Assembly: GCA_030704615.1 (NCBI GenBank)
Contig: CM060733.1
Coordinates: 66,712,001-66,776,000, forward strand
Length of the DNA stretch: 64,000 nt
Reading direction: 5' to 3'
From: Takakia lepidozioides
Taxonomy: Eukaryota; Plantae; Bryophyta
Shown here: piece by piece, positions 35,268 to 48,110 of the stretch
Layout: every line of letters starts with the position of its first letter
Position numbering within the stretch: position 1 is the first letter of the stretch
The notes under the pieces: model-generated
The model's input: the letters and a program-made list of their open reading frames with translations, nothing else
Database searches by the model: none
Told to the model about the DNA's origin: nothing
Translations under genes and position numbers: made by a program

Positions 35268-38200
35268 ATGGGGTCGGGCAAGCCGAAGCGAAAGCGGAAC
35301 GGCCCAAAAGATGATGATCCCGGTGAGCCCGATGGGGGCGACGTGTCACCGAGGCGGCCGTTTGAGGAAGCGATTAATGTTTCCGAAAACGAGGCCGCTC
35401 AGGAGCGGGAGGAATCCGAGGAGTCGGAGCCCGAGGAATCTTTGAGAGCTCCGACAAACCAAGAGATGCCTCCCATGCCGGCAGCCTTTTGGGAAGGGTT
35501 GTTGGCGCAGTTTGGCGGGACGTTGAAAGACGTGTTGAAGGCGGCTAATGCCACTTCCACCAAGGCAAAGTTTAAGGTGAAGCCTAAGGAACCCGGCACC
35601 TTCGAGGGCGTTCGAAACCGGAAGGCACTCAACACCTGGCTCCTGGAGCTAGAGCAGTACTTCCGGGCGGCCAAGTTGAGTGACGAGGATCGGGTGGAAG
35701 TGGCTCCCACCTATTTGAGGGGCTATGCTCAACAATGGTGGCAGAAACGCCTTCACGACCGAGGCCCAAGCCCGGAAACCTTGAACTGGAGTGAGTTCAA
35801 GGAATTGATGAAGAGACAGTTTGTGCCCCTCAACGCGTCCTGGCTTGCCCGGGACAAGATGAGGAATTTGAAGCAAACAGATGACATTCGGGGGTATGTC
35901 CAGGCTTTCAATGTGCTGTTGCTCGAAGTCGCGGACATGGCAGAACCAGAAATGGTCTTCAACTTTGTGGCGGGACTGGCCCCATGGGCTAGGCGGAAGT
36001 TGGAGGAGAAGCCACCCAAGACTTTGAACGAGGCAATTGAGAGAGCTGAATGTTTCTCGGATGTCCCTAGGGGTGAGAGACAAGGCCGTACGGAGCTGAA
36101 CCACAAGAAGACCCGGCGGGAAGGTGACTCCTCCCGACCGGAAAAGAAGTGGGATAGGCCACGCGGCGAAAATGGCACGTGGAAATCGAAGGGAGGTCCT
36201 TCACACGTCAAGGCGGCACCCGGTGCTTCGAAAGGAAAAGCGGGTGGAGCGACTTATGGCGGACAGAAGGCGACCTTTGATGGAGTGTGTTTCAATTGCG
36301 GGGAGCCCGGGCACATGGCCAAGAAGTGCACGAAGCCCCGGCAATTGAACATGACTCGGGCGACCACGGAGCTGTCGGAAGATACCATCAGTCGCTTGGT
36401 GGAAGCGGTGGTCGCCAGGACTTGCAAGGTAGGCAAATTTTCTTGTGAGTTGTATCAGGAAACTGGCGCCTTACGAAAAGGGAGTCAGTTATTGTTCGTG
36501 GATGGGATAATATCCGGAACTAATGTGTCGTTGTTGGTGGACACAGGAGCGTCGCACTCCTTCATGACGCCGGCGGCGGCGCGAAAGTTGGGACTCCCGA
36601 CAAGTGACGTGGGGGCCTCTATTGAGGTGCGCTCTGCCAAAGGAGAACCTCAGTTGGCGACAAGGTTGGCGTTTGATGTTCCTCTTCAACTGGGGAGTTG
36701 GGAGGGACGTGAGAACTTCACTATCTGCGAGATCGATGGAGTGGATCTCATTTTGGGAATGACCTTTTTGAGCAAATCCGGAGCGGTCATAGATGGCCGC
36801 AAGAGAGTAGTCACGCTGCCATGTGGGAATGGTGGCGAGGTTTTACGAGTGTCGGAAACGCCCAAATCCGTGGGAGGGCGAATAAACCTTCTATCAGCAA
36901 AGGAGTGGGCCGTGGAGGAGACACACGAGTCCCAGTTTTTGCTTTACATTAGAGAAGTGAAAGGAGAAGGCGATGGGGAGCCGAGCCCAGATTGGATCAA
37001 GGGGATTTTGGAGAAATACCAGGATGTGATGCCGGAGGATTTACCAAGCGGCTTGCCACCGCGAAGAGGAGTTGACCACAAAATTGAGGTGATACCGGGA
37101 TCGGAACCGCCTGCCAAGGCGCCCTACCGGTTGAGCCCAAAGAGTTGGTCGAGCTGAAGACTCAGCTCAAAGATCTAATGTCAAAGGGGTACATCCGGCC
37201 GAGTAAGTCACCTTACGGAGCCCCGGTGCTATTTGCAGACAAGAAGGATGGACGCTGCGGATGTGTGTCGATTACAGGGCTCTGAATAAGGTGACTATCA
37301 AAAACCGGTACCCTTTGCCAAGGATCGACGACCTCTTCGATCGGTTGGCAGGAGCGAAGTATTTCAGCCGGATCGACTTGCGCTCCGGCTATCACCAAAT
37401 TCGGGTGGCGGAAGGAGATGAGGAGAAGACCGCGTGCAGGACAAGGTATGGTTCATATGAGTTCTTGGTGATGCCTTTTGGGCTCACCAATGCACCAGCG
37501 ACATTTAGCACGCTGATGAACAGCCTTTTCCAGGAGTGGTTGGATGACTTTGTGATCGTGTACATCGACGACATCTTGGTGTACTCGAAAACAAAGGAGG
37601 AGCACCTGGAGCACCTCAAAAGGGTGTTCCAAAAATGCGAGAAGGGAAGCTGTATGCCAAAGCTTCAAAGTGCGAATTCGGGGTCACAAAAGTGGAGTTC
37701 TTGGGGCACGTGATTACACAGGATGGGATCAAAATGGATGACAGAAAGGTGAGGGCGATCTTGGACTGGGAGCCTCCGACTTCGGTCCCGGGAGTGCGAT
37801 CCTTCCTAGGACTCGCCTCCTATTACCGGAAGTATGTGAGAAATTTCGCCAAGATCGCGGGGCCGCTGTCGGACCTTCTGTGTAAATCCAAAGTCTGGGT
37901 ATGGAACACATTTTGTGGCCAAGCTTTTGCTGAATTGAAGCAGCGGATGACGGAAGCTCCAGTCTTAAAATCCCGGAGTTCGATCGTCCGTTTGAGATTC
38001 ATACAGATGCATCGGACTTCGCAATTGGGGGTGTACTTATGCAAGATGGACGTCCAGTGGCTTACGAAAGTAAGAAACTGAATGAAGTGGAGCGACGGTG
38101 GCCGACGCACGAAAAAGAGATGAAGGCGGTGGTACATTGCCTTGAACTCTGGCGCCACTATGTTGGTTCCAACCCAGTGAAGGTGTTCACGGACAATGTC

Positions 38201-39827
38201 ACGGTGAAGTATTTTGCCACGCAGCCCAAGTTGTCCCCAAAACAACTTAGGTGGCAAGATACTTTGGCAGTGTTCGACGTGGATATCCAGTACAAACCGG
38301 GACGGGACAATGTGGTGGCCGATGCTTTAAGTAGAAAGCAGCAGCTCTTGTTGGTGTACAAGGGCGAGACGGCGCTCCAAAGGAAGATCCGGAAGGCTTG
38401 CCGGAAGGATGAGCTGGCAAAGTGCGTGATGCAGAACTTGAGAATGGGGGTTAAATCGCAGTTCCACTTGCAAAACGGACTGCTCCGGTATAAGCAAAAA
38501 CGTCTCTATGTGCCAAAAGGGAGGGATCAGGGATAGTCTCTTGAGAGAATGCCATGATAGCCCGCTTGCGGGCCACGGTGGAGCCAAGCGCACTGCGGCA
38601 CTCTTGAAGAAAGAGTATTTCTGGCCCAAACTGAGGGAGGAGGCAGAGGAGTATGTAAAGACATGCACCACATGCCAACAAAACCGGAGCGAGTATAAAA
38701 AGCAAGCGGGGCTGTTACAACCCTTGCCGATTCCAGAGGGGACTTGGGAAAGCGTCTCGATGGATTTCATGACTGCTATGCCGCTGTCAAAAGGATTCGA
38801 TGCAATCATGGTGGTGGTAGATAGGTTCAGTAAAATGGCCCATTTCATCCCCACCAAGGAGACGGCAACTGCGCAGGAGACAGGGCGACTTTACTTCGCC
38901 CACGTCTTAAAGCATCATGGAGTCCCGAAGGATATTGTCTCGGACCGCGACCCAAAGTTTACGAGTAAATTCTGGAGAGCACTTTGGAAGAAGATGGGGA
39001 CGAGGCTGAAGATGAGCACCGCCTTCCGACCTACGACGGACGGCCAAACGGAAAGAGTGAATTCCGTAGTGAAGCAATTCTTGCGGAATTACGTGTCGGC
39101 AGACCAATCAGACTGGATGGAACACTTAGACGCGGCAGAGTTCTGTTATAATAACACAGAACACTCCGCGACGGGAGTTTCCCCTTTTGTGTTGGTCTAT
39201 GGAAAAGCACCTCTGGTGCCGACAAGTTGGGCCGCCCAGGACGTTGAGGAACCGGCAGTAGCGGCGGTACTGGAAGAACGCGAGCGTTTGTTGAAGCTCG
39301 CAAAGTACAACATTGCCAAAGCTAGGAAACGGTATGAAAGGCAGGCGAATCGGAAGCGGAGGGAAGTGAAGTTTGAGGCAGGCACAGAGGTCTGGTTGAA
39401 CATCAAGAATTTTCGACTACCTCCGGAAATGAGTCCGAAGTTCGTACCTCCGTATGCGGGTCCCTTTCGCATTCGGAGGGTTATGAATGAGGATGTGTAT
39501 GAATTGGAGCTGCCAGCAAACAGCAAGGTGCACCCAGTATTCCATGTCTCCCTTTTGAAGCCTTACTTCAAAGATGAAGCACGTCCGAATCGGCAGCAAG
39601 TGTTGCGTCCGCCACCTATGCTGTTGGATCATGAAAATGAACCCGAGTACGAGGTGGAGGCAATACTTAAGTCGAGGAGGTTCAAGAACCGAGAAACGGA
39701 GTATCTCGTCAAATGGAAGGGCTATCATCTTGTGGAGGCATCTTGGGTGCGTGCCTCAGAAATGGGAAACGCATCCGAGGCAGTTGCAGCGTTCGAAGGG
39801 CGACCTCAAAAGCGGAAGAAGCGTTGA
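35268..39827 (+). CDS. gag-pol polyprotein (gag, CCHC, protease, RT, RNase H, integrase, chromodomain), broken by five single-base indels
   Basis: [14 protein letters not shown]; [10 protein letters not shown]; [21 protein letters not shown]; [12 protein letters not shown]; [13 protein letters not shown]; [20 protein letters not shown]; [19 protein letters not shown] (chromodomain with aromatic residues). Confidence 0.95.
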
Positions 39828-42450
39828 TGGGGACATCAACCTTGGAGCGTGGGGAGGAAATGCATGCTTAGCCCGGTTTAGCTAGCTCAGGAATCCGATT
39901 GCAAAAACTTGTATTGTACAAAAATTTGTGATAAAGGAAATGGGTTCCAAATATTGTGCGTCCTATTGTGTTTGGAATGGTGATGCATGGTGTGGTTGGC
40001 TGGTGTGTAGAATGCATGCTAGCTTACAAAAGTGGGAGAGGTAAATTGGGTTAATCGTGTGTTTGCGCAGTGCCGAAATCGGGTGACTCCCATCCAAGGG
40101 GCAAGGAAACTTGCGCCTTATTTGGGAGTTCAAGTGCTAGTGCGCACCTGGCGCGTGCGCGTACTATAACTGCGCTACCGAGGGGGTTGCCTTGTAGTGC
40201 GGGCTAACGCGGAAGCTACGTGCTTCCGTTCACGTACTATAATCGTGTAGCCTCGGGACGAAGTCGTAGTGCGGCTTCGGCGTGTTCCCGTACCTCAGGC
40301 CAGCATTCCAAGGCGGACCCAATTGTAGTGATTGGGGCGCACGGTTGGTTCAAGGTTATCTTCCTAGTCAAAGAGGGTTCCAGGTGAACCCTTGCTCAAG
40401 GTGATGCCAAAAGCGGCATCATGAGCGATCGCAAGCAATGTTGTTGCAGTAAGGCGATTCGATCCTCGGGAAGGATCGTTCCTTGGCCTTGAAGTAGGCC
40501 AAGAAGAGTGCACTGGGAGGAGCTGGAGAGGCTCCACCTTGGCCGGGACTTGGAGGAAGTCGGCCGAACTAGCTAGTGGAGAGTGGAGTCAAGTGTGGGG
40601 TTTGGTTCTTTGCCATGGGACGCCATGGTACGGAAACAAACTCCTTGATGTGGGACGCCACAACTTGGATGTTCGTTTCTACAAAATGGACAAGTCGATG
40701 AGGACATCGACTCCCTGTTGGTAGGGGTGTGTGTCGCGGCCCTTTGCCTTGAGGGCAGGGGGTCGGGACACATGAGGGGCTGCCCCTGTGGTGGGGGCAG
40801 CGGCGGCAGCGATAGGTATGGGGGGGCTGAAGCACCCTTGAGTGCCCAAGGCACTCAAGGAGGCGGAGGCGCTCACTAGGTGGAGCCCCGCACACCGGGT
40901 TGCGGTGGAGGTGGCTCCACAAGGGGTGGTGGTAGCTTAGTGGGACTTAGTGGGGTGGCATAGGACTCACCATGGGGTGGAGACCTCGAGGTGGGAGTCG
41001 TGGGGAGTCTTGGGACTCATCACGGTCCATTGGGGCCGCGGTGAGTGGGCCAAGACTCACCGCGACTCACCACCGGGAGTCGAGGGTTTTCGTGGTGGTT
41101 CGCCATAAAATGGCATGGCTGGTTATGAAACCCCCGCGGACAGCTACAGAAGTATATATAGGGAGTAGTAACCCCGAGAACGGTGCAAGCCCGTTGGTGA
41201 CCAAAAACTAGTGAGTAAGCGAGCGAGCCGGAAAGCGACCAAAGAGTGGGGAGCTGTTCCGGACTGCCATCTACCAAAGGGAATTCTCCTAGTCCCAAAT
41301 AGGTGGAGGGTTTAGAGGGAAGCGGAAGGGGACCGTTATGTCCCGGTGAGCAGCCGAAACTCCAAGTTGGCCCGGCGGCCAGGTTGGGAGTCAGGCGCGC
41401 GCATCAAAGCGAGTAACTATGACTTGAAGGGGAGTTTACCGAACTGAGGTGTGCGACACCATTGGACTGTGATGAGTCCCAAGACTCCCCACGACTCCCA
41501 TCACAAGGTCTCCGCCCCATGGTGAGTCATATGCCACCCCCACTAAGACCCACTAAGCTACCACCACCCTCGTGGGCCCACCCCACCGCAACCCGGTGTG
41601 CGGGGCTCCACCTAGTGAGCGCCTCCGCCTCCTTGAGTGCCTTGGGCACTCAAGGGTGCTTCAGCCCCTGTACCTATTGTTGCCACTGCCCCCACCACAG
41701 GGGCAGCCCCTCTCGTGTCCCGACCCCCTGCCCTCAAGGCAAAGGGCCGCAACACACACCCCTACCAACAGGGAGTCGATGTCCTCATCGACTTGTCCAT
41801 TTTGTAGAAACGAACATCCCAGTTGTGGCGTCCCACATCAAGGAATTTGTTTTCGTACCATGGCGTCCCATGGCAAAGAACCAAACCCCCACTTGACTCT
41901 ACTCTCCATTAGCTAGTTCAGCCGACTTCCCCCAAGTCCCGGCCAAAGGTGGAGCCTCTTAAGCTCCACCTAGTGCACTCTTCTTGGCCCACTTCATGGC
42001 CAAGGAACGATCCTCCCCGAGAATCGAATCGCCTTACTGCAACAACATTGCTTGCGACCGCTCATGATGCCGCTTTTGGCATCACCTTGAGCAAGGGTTC
42101 ACCTTGAACCCTTTTGACTAGGAAGATAACCTTGAACCAACCGTGCCAATCACTACAATTGGGTCCGCCTTGGAATGCTGGCCTGAGGTACGGGAACACG
42201 CCGAAGCCGCACTATGACTCCGTCCCGAGGCTACACGATTATAGTACGTGAATGGAAGCACGTAGTTTTCGTGTTAGCCCGCACTACAAGAAAACCCCCT
42301 CGGTAGCGCAGTTATAATACGCGCACGCGCCAGATGCGCACTAGTACGTGAACTCCCAAAGAAGGCGCAAGTTTCCTTGCCCCTTGGATGGGAGTCACCC
42401 GATTTCGACACTACGCAAACACACAATTAATCCAATTTACCTCTCCCACT

Positions 42451-42805
42451 CCGGAAGGTTATGAATGAGGATGTGTATGAATTGGAGCTGCCGGCAAACA
42501 GTAAGGTGCACCTGGTATTCCACGTCTATCTTTTGAAGCCTTACTTCAAAGATGAAGCGCGTCCGAATCGGCATCAAGTGTTGCGTCCGCCACCCGTGCT
42601 ATTGGATCATGAAAATGAACCTGAGTACAAGGTGGAGGTAGTGCTTAAGTCGAGGAGGTTCAAGAATCGAGAAACGGAGTATCTCGTGAAATAGAAGGGC
42701 TATCATCATGTGGAGGCATCTTGGGTGCGTGCCTCAGAAATGGGAAACGCATCCGAGGCGGTTGCAGCTTTCGAAGGGCGACCTCAAAAGCGGAAGAAGC
42801 GTTGA
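42451..42805 (+). mobile_element. Diverged copy of the pol 3' end (chromodomain), inverted relative to its own UTR/LTR
   Basis: Similar to 39474-39827, with a W-to-stop change at ~42692. Confidence 0.9.
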
Positions 42806-43049
42806 TTCTTCTGGTGAACATCCATGATGCTCCCGCACATACCATACATGTTCGCATCGGTGATGAGTAAGAAAACATTTCGCATGGATCCGCTTTGGAT
42901 GCTATGGGTGTGCACCTGCTTTCCGGGCCTTTTATCCTGATGCACTGAAGCAAAAGACAAACATACGTATGTGGATATGCTGCAATGTCTCCTTGGTTCA
43001 AAATCAGAAGAGCCTCTTCCAGTCTGTCTGCCTCACGAAGCATCTTCAC
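42806..43049 (-). pseudogene. PPR gene N-terminal fragment
   Basis: READRLEEALLILNQ..TYVCLLLQCI resembles CKAGRLKEALHVLNQ..TYVCLLKECI at ~56290. Confidence 0.7.
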
Positions 43050-44189
43050 ATCCCAAGAATGGGTGCCGACAAGCAGTGTTCACGACGTAGCCACGTTCCC
43101 ATGCAAGGGCTTGGTATGTTAATAACGTCTAAATGGATGCAATGGATAGAAAGGATGGATACAATGGATGTAACACATCCAGTCTGCATTGCCTGGAAAA
43201 GGCTGATCAACCCGCGGTAATAGGTGCCACCCGCGGTAATAGGCCCTGCATGTTCGCTCTGGCATGCTGACGTGGGCTCACGGGCTCTTGGGCTCACAGG
43301 CTCATACCTCCAGGCTCACGGAATAGCACCCCCTTATCCATGGAGTGTGGGGAGGAGGGGTTTGTAGAAGAAATACTTGTTGGGGGTGTCCAGTGTGGTT
43401 TGCCAGTCGACTGACACATGCTCCGGGGTACGCAGCCATCTGCCTGGGGCGCGGGTTCCCATTTCACTTCCTTCATAGCTGCCTGTTTCTCTCTGGAACC
43501 AAGGGTACTCCACGATGCAGGGTTGCCAGCCGTGGGCCATGCAGTTGGGGGTGCGAGGTTGGATGACGAGATCTGGTCTTCCGGGCGGCATTCGTATGCT
43601 GTTTTGGAGATCGTGGTACATGTGAATTGGAGCTGTTCGTAGGGCAATGTTGAGGGAATCTCCCGTTGATGTCAGTGGGGAGACTGTTCTTCGTCATTGC
43701 ACTGTTCTTCGTCATTCTCTTGTGCCGAAGAGTCGACATAACGGGGTAAAGCCAAAGACATGAGGAGGAGAGGATGAGCAGGCAGAGAGATAAAACTTTG
43801 GGCTGTAGGGTATCACTGTGGGTGGGCAGAGTCGCGTTACTTGCCGCCGAGGGGTTCTGCCTCCTGACTGTATCTGTGGAGTTGGGGGTGGTTCTTGTGA
43901 GTGTTGTATGCTGTGTGCTGGCCTTCCTAGTGGCGCTTGTGGACGCTATTGAGGGAATATTGTTGATTTGTGCCCCTGAGCGAAGAAAAGTAGTTGTAGT
44001 GTTGATGCCAGTGGGGCGAGTCCCTATGAGATTTGTCGCCGAGGGCTTGGGGGAGTGTCTCCGAAAGCAGCCATAGCTCTGTCCACCGTTTGCACTGCAA
44101 TAAAAAATGAAGCCTTTGTATTGCGAACCGTTCCAAAACTGGTGCCACTGGTGCCATAGAATGAAGCAAAGATCTTGAAAGCAGGCAAA

Positions 44190-44690
44190 GAGTCGGAAAG
44201 ACCTGGTTTGTGAGTGGATTAAGACCTGAATTACAAAAGAAAGTGGATATGCTACCCCATAATACAGTGGAGGAGGCATTTGAAACAGCCAACAGCAGAT
44301 AAATAGGGATAGAGTACTTCCCAACGAGGAGTAAAAGCGCCGCTGCAAAATAAAGAACCATGAGCTCAGGAGAGAGAAAGGGATGATGAGGACTCTGAAG
44401 ATGAGTCACATGAGGAAGAAGAGCAAGAGCTCAAGAGGAAGAGTAAGAAGAAGGAAAAGTTGAAGAGGGAAAACTATGAGAAAAGACTGGAGGAGATCTT
44501 GAAGAAGTATGCCATAGAGGCTGAAACACATTGGAGGAAAGGTGTTTGGTGTGCAAAATGCCAGAATGAATGCCATACCATAGCTGAATGTCACATGAAG
44601 GAGAAACACTGTACTATCTGTAAAATGGATAACCATTCTACTGAGAATTGTTATTACAAAGGACAGCTGCAAGAGAACCTAGGCAAGTAA
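44190..44690 (+). mobile_element. LTR-retrotransposon gag remnant with two CCHC knuckles
   Basis: WFVSGLRPELQKKVDMLPHNTVEEAFETA at ~44204-44290; CAKCQNECHTIAEC and CTICKMDNHSTENC. Confidence 0.75.
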
Positions 44691-45886
44691 GGGTGCATCA
44701 AGTGCAGCCCTAGCCAAGAAGAAACAATGGAGGCACTTAACTGAAGAGCTAAAAAGACGAGATAGCTAAAAAATTGGCAAAACCCTATAAGATTAGTCAT
44801 AACTAAAAGCACTGCTAAAGCATGGGTATGGACACGGGGGGAGGGCGGAGCTCCGCTCCCTCGAGCTCCAATTCGCCTCGACCAACATTCCTGCAACCAA
44901 TGTATCGTTGAAAAACAACTCCAATTTCAGGGAGGGAGCCAAGATAATTGTTGGGAAGAAAAGAAAGAGCCAAAATGCGTGGCTTGCAAGAAACTCCACC
45001 CTTGTGACCCCAGCTAGGGACCAGGGAAAAATGAAAACACGAAACCCATAGACCTATAGATGTTGAAAGTCAAAGCTTTGGCTGTAGCCTCAGCTGTGGA
45101 GAACATAACAGAAAAGAATACCCTTCCGAGTGACAGAATTGTTGCCTCAAATCTCCTTCACTACCCATGTACTCTATAATCCAAGACCTGACCCAATCCC
45201 TGTTTCTGGGATGTCAGGGAAAATGAAACAAGAGACCCATTTTTTCTATAGAGGCAGTGCCAACAGTAAATCTATCCATATTCAGAGCTGTCACCAGGAG
45301 AGAGTCATCAGCTGGAGGTCCAACGACATTCCAAAGGAGCTCCTCAGCATCTATGATGGGAACCTCGGACTCAGATATGGATGTTCCCACCCCAAGGATA
45401 GAAGGGAGATCTGCAGCTTGGGCTGAGACCGAGTCCCTTGTGTGTGTCCAGACCCTTCTACCTTTAGAGCCCCTACCATTTCCTCTCTTTCTACCAGCTT
45501 TGGATGATTCTCCATGGAAGGCCATTGAGCTGAGGCCGACAAAGACAGTAAAGCCAGAAAGAGAAGAGAACAAAGAAGGTTCGGGGGGAAAGAGCGAGAG
45601 CAAGAGAAAGAGAAAGAAACAGTGAAAAAGAAAGAGAGAAGTTAGAAGAAACACTTCCGTGATTCGAGGGGGAGGCAGCCGAGTCACATGAATACCAGTC
45701 CCGAGTCGCAGGCTGCGCTTGATTGTGGAGACACCCGCATGGATAAGTTCATCGCAGTGAGATGAACAGAAGGCCGACGAATAAATGGACTGCGTCCAGC
45801 TGTAGGGAAACGAAGTCAGGAATGGCTTGGAAACAACGGAGACACAAGAAACTAGTGCACATGATTCAGTGTTTATAAACGTATTG

Positions 45887-46123
45887 CACATAAAAGCCTG
45901 GAACCAGAGAGGGAAGCTTCCCCGATAAGCTTAGCGGAAAGCAAGAGCTAAGATCGAGAAGCAGGGTGCATTAAACCTAGGCACTTTGACGTGAGGAGAG
46001 AGAAACACATAAAAGCCTGGAGCCAAAGAGGGGGGTTTTCTCGAGAAGCTCAGAGGAAAACATGAACTGAGTTCGAGAAGCAAAGCGCATTAAACATACA
46101 CGCTTTGGCGTGAGGAGAGAGAA
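45887..46123. repeat. ~119-bp diverged tandem duplication
   Basis: CACATAAAAGCCTGGA.CCA.AGAGGG...CTTTG.CGTGAGGAGAGAGAA occurs twice. Confidence 0.8.
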
Positions 46124-46256
46124 GCTTTTATCTATTTATGAGTTGGAGATAATAATAATAATAATAATGGATATCATACACAAATTAATATCCTCATAAA
46201 ACACGAAATAATGTCATCAAATTTTGGTGACACTAAAATAATAGGAATCTAAGGTA

Positions 46257-46597
46257 CGGTAGAACATCCTATGACCATTATAGTACGTTAGGTCGCATGA
46301 GCGACCATTGCCGGGCCCAAGACTGCTCAGTTTTGCCACTTGGCAAACAGTTGTTTGAAAGAACCCCCAAAAAATGTGATTGGTCATAGGGCTAAAAGTT
46401 CACACAAGCATTCTAATTGGTTCAACTTTGAAACCCCATAACTTTGTGTGGACTTCATGAAATCACGCACTTCCAAGTGTGTTGGGATGCCCCCCCATAT
46501 AGGGCATCTTATCAATTTTTTCCGGGATAAAAACGACAAAAATTCACCGTTAGATCTTCCGCCATCTCTAGATGAACGGTCATAGGATGTTCTACCT
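46257..46597. mobile_element. MITE (~340 bp) with TA target duplication
   Basis: TIR GGTAGAACATCCTATGACC (46258-46276) / GGTCATAGGATGTTCTACC (46578-46596), with TA on both flanks. Confidence 0.85.
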
Positions 46598-46619
46598 TAT
46601 ATCAGGGGGCGATGGTCAA

Positions 46620-48110
46620 CCTGCTACGCCCTCTTGATGCTCTAGCATCCATTGCACGTGTGCGTCTCTAAGCTTGACTCGCCTCCAACCTCAGTGTATT
46701 CTCTTCTGCATGTCTTGCCTCCCACTCCACTATGCTTGGGGTGTTTTTCAATACAAACTCATGTGCTTGCTCCATCATGGTGTCTGATGGTTTCACCCTC
46801 CTACACTCTTTTGGCAAAACCATGTTCTTGCACCTTACATCCTCTTCTTCCTTCCACATTGGAGGGGCCTCTTTATCCACCCTTCTCATGTACTCCGTAC
46901 AGAAGACCATAGCCTCTTGCAAGGTGTACCCCTCCGCCATGCTACCCTCGAGATGTGTCATTTGCCGCACGTGTCCCTTCAAGTCTTTCATGTAATGCTA
47001 AAAAAAATACAATCATCGAACGTGGACGGGACCGACAATCTCGACCTCCTCCACCAAGTATATTTGAGTGTCAAAGAAAGAAGGAGGAAGATGCATCTCC
47101 AACATACACAACACCGTTGCCGCCTCAACTTTCATTTTTGCAAAATCCTTCTCATCAATCTCCTTAGAACAAATCCAACTGAACAAATCACCCAATCGAT
47201 AGATGGCTTTCCGAATGCCATCATAGAGTGCCCTCGTATTGCAATGGGAAGGATGTCTTGCAAAATGTTATGGTAATCATGAGACTTCAAACCATTCATA
47301 ATTTTGGCGGTGTTGAGTTTGTGATGTAGAGATGCACCATACCCGGTTAGGGTCCGGATAGCTCGTATTGTCTTTCGGACTTGAGTGTACTCCTCCTTTG
47401 TCCATTGCCAAGGTGGCGCCATATACCTCCACTTAGGAAGACCGTCCTTGTCCACACCATCTTCTCGAGGCCACAATGGTCCAATACGATTTTGGTCTTG
47501 GAGCTCTCATCTCACATCGAGCAAATCGCCTTTCTTCCCTATGCCCATGTTTGACAATACTTGAAGAAGTGCTGTAGACACATTCTTCTCAATATGCATG
47601 GGATCAAGAAGATGTCGGATTGTGAGATCGTGCACATATAACAAATTAGAATGCATTATATTCAGCATCATTTTATAATATTATCATCAAATCAAGCATC
47701 ATACTATTGTTTGTAGCAAAAAAACCATGCAAGAAACATCTTTAGATCTTACATACATGACGATGTCATGACACTCAAGGGAATGTAATTGTGGTCAAGC
47801 ACATCTTATATTTGTACCTCCCAATATGGCGATTCATAGAAGATTGAAAGCGGCTTCGTGCGACTGTCCTTCTTCGACACCATCCTCTCCTGCACCTCCT
47901 TCCACCGATCTTTCCAAAACTTACCGGATGTACGAACCAAAGAAGGCCCCAACCCCTCAGATCCATCAAATAATTTTTTGCCTCTCGTTCTCCATGGATG
48001 GTTGAGGAAAAAACTTCTGATAGTTGGGATAGACCATCTTTTTGAGGTGATGAGAATAGTGTGTGTCAAGGTCATCACCACAACATTGACATCCTCGGTA
48101 TCCTTATGTG
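46620..48110 (-). pseudogene. CACTA/En-Spm Tnp2-type transposase remnant (DUF4218 region)
   Basis: RHLLDPMHIEKNV, GLKSHDYHNILQDILPIAIRG, LPPSFFD..GPVH, MKDLKGHVRQMTHLEGSMAEGY; frameshifted. Confidence 0.9.

Larger units (their letters stand above)
34491..41458 (+). mobile_element. Full-length young Ty3/gypsy chromovirus-type LTR retrotransposon
   Basis: LTRs 34491-35212 and 40732-41458 (TGTCGC..GCGACA, near-identical), 5-bp TSD CCATT (34486-90, 41459-63), PBS TGGTATCAGAGC at 35215-35226, PPT GGTAGGGGTGTG at 40720-40731. Confidence 0.97.
34061..42450 (-). mobile_element. Older Ty3 family member (3' LTR split into 34061-34490 and 41464-41754, 3' UTR to ~42450), interrupted by the younger insertion
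   Basis: Removing 34491-41463 restores ...CACGGCCCCATTGGAC.GTG.TGAGTCCC..., as in the uninterrupted copy at ~20730. Confidence 0.9.

Noticed and set aside
39861-41458. A 1.6-kb 3' LTR starting right after pol
   Set aside because: The TSD and the 5' LTR start at 34491 show that the true LTR begins at 40732.
43294-44409. Long minus-strand ORFs (291 aa, 160 aa)
   Set aside because: Low complexity, partly antisense to the gag remnant, and no recognisable domain.
45214-45891. 225-aa minus-strand ORF
   Set aside because: No recognisable motif; probably TE-derived or chance.
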